Positions 46,348 to 55,917 of a DNA stretch of 64,000 bases are shown here, one piece after another. Location: positions 117,254 through 181,253 of the forward strand of contig JAJECI010000008.1 of NCBI GenBank assembly GCA_022822065.1, given 5' to 3'. This DNA is from Candidatus Dadabacteria bacterium (GTDB lineage: Bacteria > Desulfobacterota_D > UBA1144 > Nemesobacterales > Nemesobacteraceae). The notes under the pieces were generated by a model. The model was not told the origin of the DNA. It made no database searches and saw only the letters and a program-made list of their open reading frames with translations. Position 1 is the stretch's first letter, and the number at the start of each line of letters is the position of its first letter. The translations under genes and the position numbers were made by a program.

Positions 46348-46968
46348 ATGGACGCAATTATTGATCTGTTTACCAAGGGCGGAATATATATTTTCCCGCT
46401 GATTTTATGTTCCATATTCGGACTTGCGATTTTTCTTCAGAAGCTCAGCCTCCTTCAGAGGAAAAAGCTTCTCCCCGAAGATTTCCTTTCAAGCCTGTAC
46501 GAGACCGTCGAGACAAAGGGGCTTGAAGAGGCAAAATCCCTTTCCGCATCAAACGATTCCGCGGTAGCAAAAATGGCTCTCGCGGCCGCGCAGAATTCGG
46601 GCAAATCGAAGGAAGAGATGCATGAGGCCATTGAAACGGTCGGAAAGGTCGAGGCGCAGGGTCTTGAGAAATATATCGAGACTCTGCTTACCATAAGCAG
46701 CATAAGCACCCTTATCGGGCTTCTCGGAACGATATCCGGCATGATAAAGGTGTTCGCCGTAATATCGGAGAAGGACATAGTGGATCCGCCTTCCCTCGCT
46801 GGAGGAATCTCGGAAGCACTTTACACGACGGCCCTCGGGCTCACGATAGCGATCCCGGCGCTCATAGCCTACAAGTACACCGACGGGAAGTTCAGGGAGA
46901 TAATCTCCGAGCTTGAGGATGAAGGCAAGAAAATACTTGAAGCTTTTTCCGCAAAGGCATCCCTATGA
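46348..46968 (+). CDS. exbB: MotA/TolQ/ExbB-family proton-channel protein
   Basis: Three-TM MotA/TolQ/ExbB topology with the conserved C-terminal TM pair (GLLGTISGMIKVF, TTALGLTIAIPALIAY). Size is 206 aa. Confidence 0.7.
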   Translation: MDAIIDLFTKGGIYIFPLILCSIFGLAIFLQKLSLLQRKKLLPEDFLSSLYETVETKGLEEAKSLSASNDSAVAKMALAAAQNSGKSKEEMHEAIETVGKVEAQGLEKYIETLLTISSISTLIGLLGTISGMIKVFAVISEKDIVDPPSLAGGISEALYTTALGLTIAIPALIAYKYTDGKFREIISELEDEGKKILEAFSAKASL

Positions 46969-47363
46969 GATTCACGCAGAAAAAAGGTTCGGGCAGGGGC
47001 GGCATAGATCTCGCCCCCATAGTGGACGTGGTCTTTAACCTCCTTATTTTCTTTGCTCTTACGCTCAATTTCGCCATATCAAGCGGTATAAAAGTCAACC
47101 TACCGAAAGCGACCGGCGAAATCGTTGAGATAAAAGACGTAAACATACACATTGACAAAAACGGAAAAGTTTACTTCAACGACGTGCCTATGCGCTCCGC
47201 CAACTCCTTGAAACGGGAGTTTCAGAAGATACCCAACAAAGACACCCTGGTAATAATAAGAGCGGATTCCGAAGCCATGCACGGCCCGGTGGTAAGCACC
47301 ATGGATCTCGCGAAAACCCAGGGGTTCTCGAAAATAGCAATCGGAGTTGAACCGAAGCGATAG
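46965..47363 (+). CDS. exbD: ExbD/TolR-family biopolymer transport protein
   Basis: Single N-terminal TM (IDLAPIVDVVFNLLIFF, with the conserved Asp) plus a periplasmic domain. Overlaps exbB by 4 nt. Size is 132 aa. Confidence 0.7.
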   Translation: MRFTQKKGSGRGGIDLAPIVDVVFNLLIFFALTLNFAISSGIKVNLPKATGEIVEIKDVNIHIDKNGKVYFNDVPMRSANSLKREFQKIPNKDTLVIIRADSEAMHGPVVSTMDLAKTQGFSKIAIGVEPKR

Positions 47364-47409
47364 AACCTAGCAATCGCTTCCCCGGCTGCCCCGACGGTAA
47401 CAAACAAAA

Positions 47410-48360
47410 TTGAATTCAACGAAAAGCGCCTTAACTTCGCTTACAGACCTTATAACAAGGTTCTTCATCCTCTGGATAATTCTCTTCTCGGCCGTCGCGT
47501 ACTTTTTCCCCTCCGTTTTTGAGGATCTCGGGTTCCTCATAGTACCCATGCTCGCGGTGATAATGTTCGCGATGGGGATAACGCTGAGAATAGATGACTT
47601 CAGAAGGGTTTTCTTAAGACCGCTTGAGATTCTGGTGGGCGTCTGCGCTCAATACGTCGTGATGCCCCTTCTGGGTTTCCTGCTCGCCCTTGCGTTCGGA
47701 ATAAACCCGCTGATCGCGGTCGGAATCGTTCTCGTGGGTTCCTGTCCCGGGGGAACGGCGTCAAACGTGATTACCTATCTGGCAAGGGGCGATCTCGCGC
47801 TTTCCGTAACGCTCACTTCGGTTTCAACCCTCCTTTGCCCGTTCCTGCTGCCCGCACTTATGTACATCTACGCGGGAAGGTGGATAGATGTTCCAGTTGC
47901 GGATCTTTTTATCTCCGCGCTTCAGATAGTACTGCTGCCGGTGCTTTTCGGAGTGGTCTTGAGGAAACTGCTCGGGAGAAAATCAGAGACCGTACTGCCC
48001 TTCCTGCCCTCCGTATCGTCTCTCGTGATAGCGTTTGTCGTAGGAATAGTCGTGGCTCTTAACGCGGAATCCATAAGAACCATCGGCGCCGTGGTCTTCC
48101 TTGTAGTAGTCATTCATAACGCCCTGGGACTTACCTGCGGTTATCTTATAGCGAAGGCGCTTGGCTTCCGGGAAAGCAGCGCCAGGGCGATATCCGTGGA
48201 AGTGGGAATGCAGAACTCGGGGCTTGCGGCGGCTCTCTCCCAGTTGCATTTCGGTTATCTCTCCGCCCTTCCCGCCGCGCTTTTCAGCATCTGGCATAAT
48301 ATCTCGGGCGGAGTAATAGCCTCGTTATGGAGAAACAGCAACGTTCATGAACAAACCTGA
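47410..48360 (+). CDS. bile acid:sodium symporter (BASS/SBF)-family transporter
   Basis: 10-TM protein with the BASS-like GVCAQYVVMPLLGF and GSCPGGTASNV motifs. Confidence 0.7.
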   Translation: MNSTKSALTSLTDLITRFFILWIILFSAVAYFFPSVFEDLGFLIVPMLAVIMFAMGITLRIDDFRRVFLRPLEILVGVCAQYVVMPLLGFLLALAFGINPLIAVGIVLVGSCPGGTASNVITYLARGDLALSVTLTSVSTLLCPFLLPALMYIYAGRWIDVPVADLFISALQIVLLPVLFGVVLRKLLGRKSETVLPFLPSVSSLVIAFVVGIVVALNAESIRTIGAVVFLVVVIHNALGLTCGYLIAKALGFRESSARAISVEVGMQNSGLAAALSQLHFGYLSALPAALFSIWHNISGGVIASLWRNSNVHEQT

Positions 48361-49258
48361 GAAAAAAGACAGGCTCCCAATAAAGGGCTATCTCTTTCTG
48401 ATAGCCACCGCTTTTTTCACGGCACTCTCCTACGCCATAGGAAAGGCGCTTGAGCGAAGCGATCTTCACCCCGAGACCACTACGTTTTTCTGGTTCTTCG
48501 GGGCTTTTATAGTCGCCCTGATCCTGTTCCCCTTTCTTCGCGCGCAGAGAAAAGAACTTAAAAGAATCCGCGAGTACCGCGACATTTTCATCTGGAGTTC
48601 CGTTATAACCTCGGCCGGAGCCGCCTTGTGGATGGTTGCGCTCTGGACGATCGGGCCGGCTCTTACCTCGTTCCTGATGAAAGCCCAGACGCTTTTCGCG
48701 CTTCTGCTCGGCATAATTTTCCTGGGGGAAAGACTTAACAAGGGAGAAAGCATAGGAATAGCGATGACGGTGGCGGGCGGATCGGTAGTCGCCTACCAGA
48801 GAGAAGACTACCTCATCTTCGGAACAGCAATGGCTCTCGGGGCCGCGTTTCTGTATTCCTTTCTCTCTTTCATGGTAAAGAAGATAGCGCAGGACCTAAA
48901 CATGCTCACAGTCGCGACTCTCAGAACCCTAGGGGTCTCCATAGTCCTTTTCATCTACCTAATACTCACCGGGACCTTCGAGCCCCCCACTCTAGAACAG
49001 GCGCTTGTGATGGCGGGCGGAGGGGCGTGCGGAGCGTACATAGCCAAGGGGAGCCAGTTTCACGCCATAAAGCTTCTTGATATCTCGAGAACAACGGCCG
49101 TCATGCCGATGGAATCGATTTTCGTGCTGATTCTCGCGCATGTTTTCTTTGATGACCTGCCCTCGGTTACCAAACTTCTGGGGGGAGCATCGATAATCAT
49201 CGGAGTCGTCTTCCTTGTGCTCTTCCGGGGACAGAAAAACGACATTCTCGGCAAGTGA
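48347..49258 (+). CDS. EamA/DMT-family transporter
   Basis: Two EamA-like 5-TM halves. Overlaps the preceding gene by 14 nt. Size is 303 aa. Confidence 0.65.
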   Translation: MNKPEKKDRLPIKGYLFLIATAFFTALSYAIGKALERSDLHPETTTFFWFFGAFIVALILFPFLRAQRKELKRIREYRDIFIWSSVITSAGAALWMVALWTIGPALTSFLMKAQTLFALLLGIIFLGERLNKGESIGIAMTVAGGSVVAYQREDYLIFGTAMALGAAFLYSFLSFMVKKIAQDLNMLTVATLRTLGVSIVLFIYLILTGTFEPPTLEQALVMAGGGACGAYIAKGSQFHAIKLLDISRTTAVMPMESIFVLILAHVFFDDLPSVTKLLGGASIIIGVVFLVLFRGQKNDILGK

Positions 49259-49261
49259 GTC

Positions 49262-50374
49262 CTAGAGGGAACCGGAGAAATCCGTCCTGAGTTCCCTTCT
49301 CATTCTGTGTCTCTGCTCGGCAAGCTCTACCAGCGTCTCGAGCATTTCCCCGACGGGAATTCCGCTTGCCTCCCAAAGTTTCGGGTACATGCTTACGGGG
49401 GTAAATCCGGGGATGGTGTTTATCTCGCTTACAAACACCTGGTCCGTATCGGCGTCGACCAGGAAATCCACCCTTGCCATACCGGTGCAGCAAAGGGCAG
49501 TATAGGAAGCAAGGGCGAGAGCCCTGATTTCCTCCTGAACCTCCTGGTCAAGGTCGCAGGGAATGCAAAGTTCCGTGGATTGGTCGTGGTACTTCTTTTC
49601 ATAATCGTAAAAGCTTCCCTGCACAACGAGTTCCCCGGGAACCGACGCCTTCGGGTCCTGATTTCCCATTACGCTTACCTCGACTTCTCTCAGGTTTAAA
49701 ACGGCTTGCTCGACTATCAGCCTTTCAGAAAAATCAAAAGAGGCCTCCACGGCTTCGGCAACCGCTACGGGAGAGTCCACCCTTGAAACTCCCACGCTTG
49801 AACCCAAGTTTGAGGATTTCACGAAACAGGGAAAACCTATTTCGTCTTCTATGCGCCGGAGAATCGCTTCCTGATTGTTTTCCCATCCGGTCTTCGCGAA
49901 GCCAAAAAAGGGAACTACCGCAATACCGCTATCCCTGAGAATGGCTTTTGAGACTATCTTGTCAATGCAAAGCGAAGACCCGAGCAAATCGGCTCCCACA
50001 CAGGGAACGCCCATAAGGTCAATCAGGCCCTGCACCGATCCATCCTCTCCGAAAGTTCCGTGGAGAACAGGAAAAACAAAATCCACGGAAAAAACCCTGG
50101 TTGCCTCCCCTTCGACTATTTCAGCAAGACGACCGGGAGGAGAACCCTGGAGCATGGGCAGGATCTCGGAGTCGGGAATCAGGGCGGGAGGCTCCCCCTC
50201 CGGCCAGTTCTCAACAACTGCCCTCTGCCAGCGGCCTTCTTTCGAAATAAAGATCGGCAGCACGGCGAATTTTGAAGGATCAAGGTTGGCGATGACGAAT
50301 TTCGAGGAGACAAGCGATATCTCATGCTCAACCGAAACACCACCGAAAAGAACCGCAATTGTTTTTCTGCTCAA
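49262..50374 (-). CDS. ddl: D-alanine--D-alanine ligase
   Basis: N-terminus MSRKTIAVLFGGVSVEHEISLVSS, ATP-grasp domain, C-terminal EINTIPGFT. Size is 370 aa. Confidence 0.9.
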   Translation of the reverse strand: MSRKTIAVLFGGVSVEHEISLVSSKFVIANLDPSKFAVLPIFISKEGRWQRAVVENWPEGEPPALIPDSEILPMLQGSPPGRLAEIVEGEATRVFSVDFVFPVLHGTFGEDGSVQGLIDLMGVPCVGADLLGSSLCIDKIVSKAILRDSGIAVVPFFGFAKTGWENNQEAILRRIEDEIGFPCFVKSSNLGSSVGVSRVDSPVAVAEAVEASFDFSERLIVEQAVLNLREVEVSVMGNQDPKASVPGELVVQGSFYDYEKKYHDQSTELCIPCDLDQEVQEEIRALALASYTALCCTGMARVDFLVDADTDQVFVSEINTIPGFTPVSMYPKLWEASGIPVGEMLETLVELAEQRHRMRRELRTDFSGSL

Positions 50375-50626
50375 CTTATGACCCCCGACGTTTTTGAGAA
50401 AAAATTTTCATGAAAGACCGCGGGAAAACAACAGCCCGGAAAGCCTTGTTTTTAAGAGAGTTCCCACAACATGCTTTGACTATTAGAACTATGTAGTTAC
50501 AGTTATTGTACAAATAACTGATAGAAAAATAAACCGGAAGACTCTCCTCGGGGCATTACCGCACCCTGTTTGACCTAAGAACTACGCAAGCTGGAATGGA
50601 TGAGTCTCCCGGAGTAAAAAAATGAC

Positions 50627-52249
50627 ATGAATTTAATCCTGATACTGTGGGTTCTCTTCGCCGTTTTTATCCCGTGGAACTTCTCTGCCGCCTTAAGCCA
50701 GGACCTGCTGAAACCCCCGACGTCTCTACAGGAACAACGGATCGAATCCGTCGAGTTGGCCCAGCAGACCGAAGAGGTCCCGGCAGTCAAACATCCAGAC
50801 GCTTCGCAGAGCCCTGCCGAAGGGGCTCAGGAAATCGAGAAAACGGATACCGATACCGCGACCCGACCTTCTTCTGATTCTGACACACAAACCCAGCAGG
50901 CTCGGCAGACGGAAACTGAGACTGACAAGATCTTGGCAATACACCGCCCGGATACTCCGCAGAACTATGAAGACAAAAAATTCAAAATAAAGAGAAACTC
51001 AAGGGTTGAGCACTACATCCGGCGGTTCTCGGGAAAAGGAAAGAGAAATTTCGCGGAGATCCTGAGACGCTCCGGGAAATTCCTCCCGGAAATCGAGGAA
51101 ATACTTCGCTCCGAGGGGGTCCCCCCCGAGATCGCTTATCTGCCCCTGATAGAAAGCGGGTTTAACCCCCGGGCCGTTTCGAGAAAAAACGCCGTCGGGC
51201 TCTGGCAATTCATAAGACCGACCGGCCTGAAGTACGGACTCAAAATAAACTACTGGGTAGACGAAAGAATGGACGTCGAGAAATCAACTTTGGCGGCGGC
51301 CAGTTATCTGAAGAAGATGCACAAGGAATTCGGTTCATGGGAACTCGCCCTCGCCGGTTACAACTGCGGAGAGAAAAGAGTGTCTAGGGCTATCAGGAGA
51401 ACGGGTTCGACTGATTTCTGGACACTGTCGAGAAAACTCCCGAGGGAGACAAGAAACTATCTGCCGAAATTCAACGCCGCCCTGATAATAGCCAAAAACC
51501 CCGGGAAATACGGCTTCAGGGTCGCGGAAGCGGAAAAAGATTATGAAACCGTAAGCGTTCCGCCCAGAAAAAGCCTTGCGGAAATCGCCAACCTGCTTGA
51601 CATGGGGTACAAGGAAATCTCCAAGTACAACCCCTCGCTTGTGGGACTCTCCACCCCTCCGGGAGGAGACTATGAACTTAAGGTCCCCAAGGGCTACGCG
51701 GAGAGACTCGTTTCGGTCCAAGACCAGGTAGTCGCCCTCAAAGACATTGAAATTCCTTTCAGCTCAAGGCCCGTAAGATACACTGTAAGACGGGACGACA
51801 GCCTCTGGAAGATATCCAGAAAATTCGGAACGTCAGTCGAGAAACTCAAGTACGCGAACAATCTCTCCAGCTCGATCATACGTCCCGGACAGAGGCTGAA
51901 AATACCCTCGAGGGGAAATCTCGTATACGTAAAGCACAGGATCCGCCCCGGGGAAAACATTTATGTTCTGGCAAAAAGGTACGGAACTACAATCGACGCA
52001 ATAAAGAGGGCTAACAACCTTAAGGGCTCGCTCATAATAGCGGGAAAGACCCTTTCAATTCCCCAGAGGCTCTCCTCCACTTATGTGCCGCGGAGCGTTC
52101 CGAAGAAGTTGCATCACAAGATAATACCCGGCGACACGCTGAGCGAGCTGGCTCTTCGCTACAGGGTATCGGTTCCCCAGATCAAGAGGTGGAACAACAT
52201 GTCCTCAACCACCTTGATAGCCGGAAGAAGCCTCGTCATCTACAAATAG
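50627..52249 (+). CDS. mltD: membrane-bound lytic murein transglycosylase D-like protein (SLT domain plus three LysM repeats)
   Basis: Signal peptide, then the SLT catalytic motif LIESGFNPRAVSRKNAVGLWQF, then three LysM repeats (YTVRRDDSLWKIS.., HRIRPGENIYVLA.., HKIIPGDTLSELA..). Confidence 0.8.
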   Translation: MNLILILWVLFAVFIPWNFSAALSQDLLKPPTSLQEQRIESVELAQQTEEVPAVKHPDASQSPAEGAQEIEKTDTDTATRPSSDSDTQTQQARQTETETDKILAIHRPDTPQNYEDKKFKIKRNSRVEHYIRRFSGKGKRNFAEILRRSGKFLPEIEEILRSEGVPPEIAYLPLIESGFNPRAVSRKNAVGLWQFIRPTGLKYGLKINYWVDERMDVEKSTLAAASYLKKMHKEFGSWELALAGYNCGEKRVSRAIRRTGSTDFWTLSRKLPRETRNYLPKFNAALIIAKNPGKYGFRVAEAEKDYETVSVPPRKSLAEIANLLDMGYKEISKYNPSLVGLSTPPGGDYELKVPKGYAERLVSVQDQVVALKDIEIPFSSRPVRYTVRRDDSLWKISRKFGTSVEKLKYANNLSSSIIRPGQRLKIPSRGNLVYVKHRIRPGENIYVLAKRYGTTIDAIKRANNLKGSLIIAGKTLSIPQRLSSTYVPRSVPKKLHHKIIPGDTLSELALRYRVSVPQIKRWNNMSSTTLIAGRSLVIYK

Positions 52250-52255
52250 CCCCGG

Positions 52256-52900
52256 ATGTTGACAGCACGGTCAATAAGGGAGAGCCTTCCGCAAAAAGCC
52301 CCCGAGATACACCGCAAGCTCAAGGAATTCGAAAGCATCATCCAAAACGCTTCCGAAGAAGTGATCTTCGAAGAACTGGTTTTCTGCATATTCACGGCCG
52401 GAACGAGCGCCAGGATGGGGCTGAGCGCGCTTCAAGCCGTAAAGAGCATACTCCCAAGCGCAAGCGAGGATGAGCTCAGGCAGACGCTTCGGGGAGTATA
52501 CAGATTCCCAAACGTGCGCTCGAAGCACGTGATCCACACAAGAAATTATCTTGACCGCGAGTACGGACTCCGGCTGAGACCGCTTCTTCTGTCGTTTGAA
52601 GATCCGGCCAAGAGAAGAGATTTCTTCGCGCTTAACAAGGATATAAAGGGGCTCGGCTTCAAGGAAGCAAGCCATTTCCTGAGAAACGTCGGCTTCCGCG
52701 GCTACGCGATACTTGACAAGCACATACTCCAGTGTCTTTTCGAACTCGGCATAACAAAATCCACGCGGGCACCGCGCTCAAGGTCAGAATACATTGAGAT
52801 TGAAAACAGGTTCAGGGGATTCACGGAAAAAAACGGATTTGATTTCGATGAAATGGACCTGTTGCTCTGGAGCGAGAAAACGGGCGAAATACTGAAATAA
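52256..52900 (+). CDS. Ogg2-type 8-oxoguanine DNA glycosylase/AP lyase (HhH-GPD), copy 1
   Basis: ~210 aa. HhH-GPD motif DIKGLGFKEASHFLRNVGFRGYAILDKH, with the catalytic Lys and Asp spacing of archaeal-type Ogg. Confidence 0.6.
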   Translation: MLTARSIRESLPQKAPEIHRKLKEFESIIQNASEEVIFEELVFCIFTAGTSARMGLSALQAVKSILPSASEDELRQTLRGVYRFPNVRSKHVIHTRNYLDREYGLRLRPLLLSFEDPAKRRDFFALNKDIKGLGFKEASHFLRNVGFRGYAILDKHILQCLFELGITKSTRAPRSRSEYIEIENRFRGFTEKNGFDFDEMDLLLWSEKTGEILK

Positions 52901-52926
52901 CGCCTCGAAAAAACAGAGCTCTCCGT

Positions 52927-53577
52927 ATGACCGAGAAACAAAAACAAGAACTCCTGGGACTCTACGAGCTTAGAAAAGAAGAAATACAGAACCGCCTTCT
53001 GGAATTCAGACAGGCCTTCCAGGAGGCCGATGACCGCCAGATATTCCGTGAACTCTCATTCTGCATACTGAGTTCCGGGGTCGGTCCCAAAGTAGCCGGC
53101 CAATGCATGAGGGCCATAGGAGAAAAACTTGTGGACGGAGAAGAAGACGAACTGCTGGTACGCATCGGGGCGATTCACAAATACGCCGAGAACGCTTCCC
53201 GCTATATCGTTTTTACCAGGGAATATCTTAAGAAAGAACACGGATTTCTTCTCAGATCGCTTGTCAGTTCATTTGAAAACGGGGTGGAAAGGAGAGATTT
53301 TTTCGCGAAAAACCCCGGGATAAAAGGACTCGGATACATGCAGGCAAGCCATTTTCTGAGGAACCTGGGGTTCTCCGGCTACGCGATTCTTGACCGAAAC
53401 AACCTTGCGTCCCTTTCCGAACTGGGGATCATAGGCGAGACGAAATACCCCCTGACGAGAAAAAGATACCTTGAAACGGAAAGCCTTATGACGGAAGCCG
53501 CACACGAACTGGAAATCAGTCTTGACGAATTTGACCTGCTTCTTTGGTCAAGAAAAAGAAAATACGTTCCGAGATAG
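52927..53577 (+). CDS. Ogg2-type 8-oxoguanine DNA glycosylase/AP lyase, copy 2 (tandem paralogue)
   Basis: ~45% identical to copy 1. Same motif GIKGLGYMQASHFLRNLGFSGYAILDRN. Confidence 0.6.
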   Translation: MTEKQKQELLGLYELRKEEIQNRLLEFRQAFQEADDRQIFRELSFCILSSGVGPKVAGQCMRAIGEKLVDGEEDELLVRIGAIHKYAENASRYIVFTREYLKKEHGFLLRSLVSSFENGVERRDFFAKNPGIKGLGYMQASHFLRNLGFSGYAILDRNNLASLSELGIIGETKYPLTRKRYLETESLMTEAAHELEISLDEFDLLLWSRKRKYVPR

Positions 53578-53579
53578 GA

Positions 53580-54245
53580 TCACCCGGGGTCATGCTTTAT
53601 GAAAACCTCGGCCCAAAGCGGCGCGAATCCGTCCGCGGTGTCATGAAAAGCCCCCCTGTACCTGTTAAGACCCATTATGCCGTCGGTGTAGTCCTTGTAG
53701 GCCGTCTGGCTCCTGTGCGCCTCGATCGCCCGGCGCTTGCGGTCGGCAAAAGACGTTATATCCTCGATCCGGTCATATGAGGGAAACGGCGTCCATACCT
53801 CATATGACCAGCATTCGCACTCAAAAGGGCTTTCCCCAAGCGTCGCGTTAAGACAATCAAGCGTCAGGCGGGAAACCGTCCTGTGGGTTCTGTGCTTGTC
53901 GATTTCGGGATGCGGCAGGTATATCTCACCCGGGCGGAGATCCGTTATTATTTCCGTCATTCTGGAACTGAATCCACGCTTGTTCGAATCGGATTCCATG
54001 TCGGAGAACCCCAGAAGGGAAATCTCCACCCCGAGTATCTCCGAGGATGCCCTGACCTCCCGCTCCCTTGTCCGCACAAGTTCCTCCTGCGAGATACCAA
54101 GGGGATTCGCGCTTCTCCTTCCATCAGTAACGACAACGGAAACCACGTCGACACCTCTTTCCACAAGCAGGCAGGCCGTTCCTCCCATGCCTATTTCAAG
54201 ATCATCGGGGTGCGGAGAAACTATAAGGGCTTTTGCGTCAGGCAT
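53580..54245 (-). CDS. PIG-L/LmbE-family N-acetylglucosaminyl deacetylase
   Basis: N-terminal LIVSPHPDDLEIGMGGT (the PHPDDE zinc motif), plus downstream His and Asp ligands. Size is 221 aa. Confidence 0.75.
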   Translation of the reverse strand: MPDAKALIVSPHPDDLEIGMGGTACLLVERGVDVVSVVVTDGRRSANPLGISQEELVRTREREVRASSEILGVEISLLGFSDMESDSNKRGFSSRMTEIITDLRPGEIYLPHPEIDKHRTHRTVSRLTLDCLNATLGESPFECECWSYEVWTPFPSYDRIEDITSFADRKRRAIEAHRSQTAYKDYTDGIMGLNRYRGAFHDTADGFAPLWAEVFIKHDPG

Positions 54246-54426
54246 ATGAATTCTCTGTGATAAAAGTACTGTTAGAAGTTAGATTCACTGTTAATAATTA
54301 TACAATGAAGCGGGAATTTCTGCGTCCGTGCTTAGCAAACAAGCAGACCGGGGGTTGCCTGTGGGCAAAGCGCATATATAATTTTCGCTCGGCTATGTTA
54401 TCAAATTTCCTCCGAAGGAACGATCA

Positions 54427-55857
54427 ATGGAATACGAAGCGGTAATCGGTCTTGAAGTACACGCGCAGCTTGCCACTGAATCTAAAATATTCTCTTCTTC
54501 CTCAACAAAATTCGGAAGTCCTCCCAACTCCCAGGTGAACCCGGTCTGTCTGGGGATGCCGGGGGTGCTGCCGGTTTTCAATGAAAGGGTTCTTGAGTAC
54601 GCCATAAAAGCCGGACTGGCAACCAACTGCGAAATCGCCGGGAAATCCAGATTCGCGAGGAAAAACTACTTCTACCCGGACCTTCCAAAGGGCTACCAGA
54701 TTTCCCAGTACGATGAACCGCTCTGCCTCAGGGGGCATCTCGAGATAGATTCGGGGGACGGCAAAAAGAAAATCAGGATAACCCGAATACACCTGGAAGA
54801 AGACGCGGGGAAGCTCGTGCACGAGTACTCCGATTTCGAAAGCCACGTTGATCTCAACAGGGCAGGAGTGCCGCTTGTGGAAATAGTGAGTGAGCCCGAC
54901 ATCTCAACCGCCGAAGAGGCCGTTGAATACGTAAAGAAACTTAGGACAATCCTAAAATATATCGAGGTTTGTGACGGGAACATGGAGGAAGGAAGCCTGC
55001 GCTGCGACGCGAACGTTTCCGTGCGGCCGGTAGGGCAGAGCGAACTCGGAACGAAAACCGAGATCAAGAATCTTAATTCCTTCCGCTTCATACAAAGGGC
55101 CATAGAATACGAGACAAAAAGGCAGGAAGCGGTTCTGCGGGGCGGGGGCAAGGTTGTTCAGGAAACAAGGCTCTTTGACTCCCAAAAGGGGGTCACGTTT
55201 GCGATGAGATCAAAGGAAGAGGCTCATGACTACAGGTATTTCCCGGACCCGGACCTTCTGCCGGTCGTGGTGGAGGAGGATTGTCTGGAGAAAATCCGCC
55301 TGTCCCTCCCGGAACTTCCCGAAGAAAAGCTCAGCAGGTTCGCAGATGAATTCAACATACCGAAAAACGATGCCGAGACGCTTTCATCCTCAAGACCGCT
55401 TGCCGAATACTTTGAAGAGTGCGCAAAACACGCAAAAGACAGTAAGGCGGCGAGCAACTGGATATTAAACGAGATGCTGAGAGAAGTTGAGGACGAAGAC
55501 AGCATAGCCGAATTTCCGGTTAAGCCCGAAGACCTCGCGGAACTGCTTAACCTTATCGGGGAAGGAAAAATAAACCGCAAGACCGCCAAGGAAATATTCT
55601 CCGAGATGATAAGCGGGGGTAAACGCGCCGGAGAAATAGTAACCGAGAAGGGACTTACCCAGATCACGGATGAAGACGAAATTTCTTCGATTATAGAAAA
55701 AATAATTGAAGAAAATCAGAAGGAAGTTGAAAGGTACAGAAACGGAGATACTAAGCTTCTAGGATTTTTCGTCGGTCAGGTGATGAAAGCGACAAAGGGG
55801 AAAGCTGACCCCGCGGTCGTAAACCAAATGCTTAGAAAATCCCTTGAAGAAAGGTAA
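54427..55857 (+). CDS. gatB: Asp-tRNA(Asn)/Glu-tRNA(Gln) amidotransferase subunit B
   Basis: N-terminus MEYEAVIGLEVHAQL, GatB/YqeY C-terminal domain. Size is 476 aa. Confidence 0.95.
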   Translation: MEYEAVIGLEVHAQLATESKIFSSSSTKFGSPPNSQVNPVCLGMPGVLPVFNERVLEYAIKAGLATNCEIAGKSRFARKNYFYPDLPKGYQISQYDEPLCLRGHLEIDSGDGKKKIRITRIHLEEDAGKLVHEYSDFESHVDLNRAGVPLVEIVSEPDISTAEEAVEYVKKLRTILKYIEVCDGNMEEGSLRCDANVSVRPVGQSELGTKTEIKNLNSFRFIQRAIEYETKRQEAVLRGGGKVVQETRLFDSQKGVTFAMRSKEEAHDYRYFPDPDLLPVVVEEDCLEKIRLSLPELPEEKLSRFADEFNIPKNDAETLSSSRPLAEYFEECAKHAKDSKAASNWILNEMLREVEDEDSIAEFPVKPEDLAELLNLIGEGKINRKTAKEIFSEMISGGKRAGEIVTEKGLTQITDEDEISSIIEKIIEENQKEVERYRNGDTKLLGFFVGQVMKATKGKADPAVVNQMLRKSLEER

Positions 55858-55917
55858 CGGAATCCCAAGGACAAATTACTAGCAGAAAAGAATTAACTAT
55901 CATCTTCCCTCGCTGGG

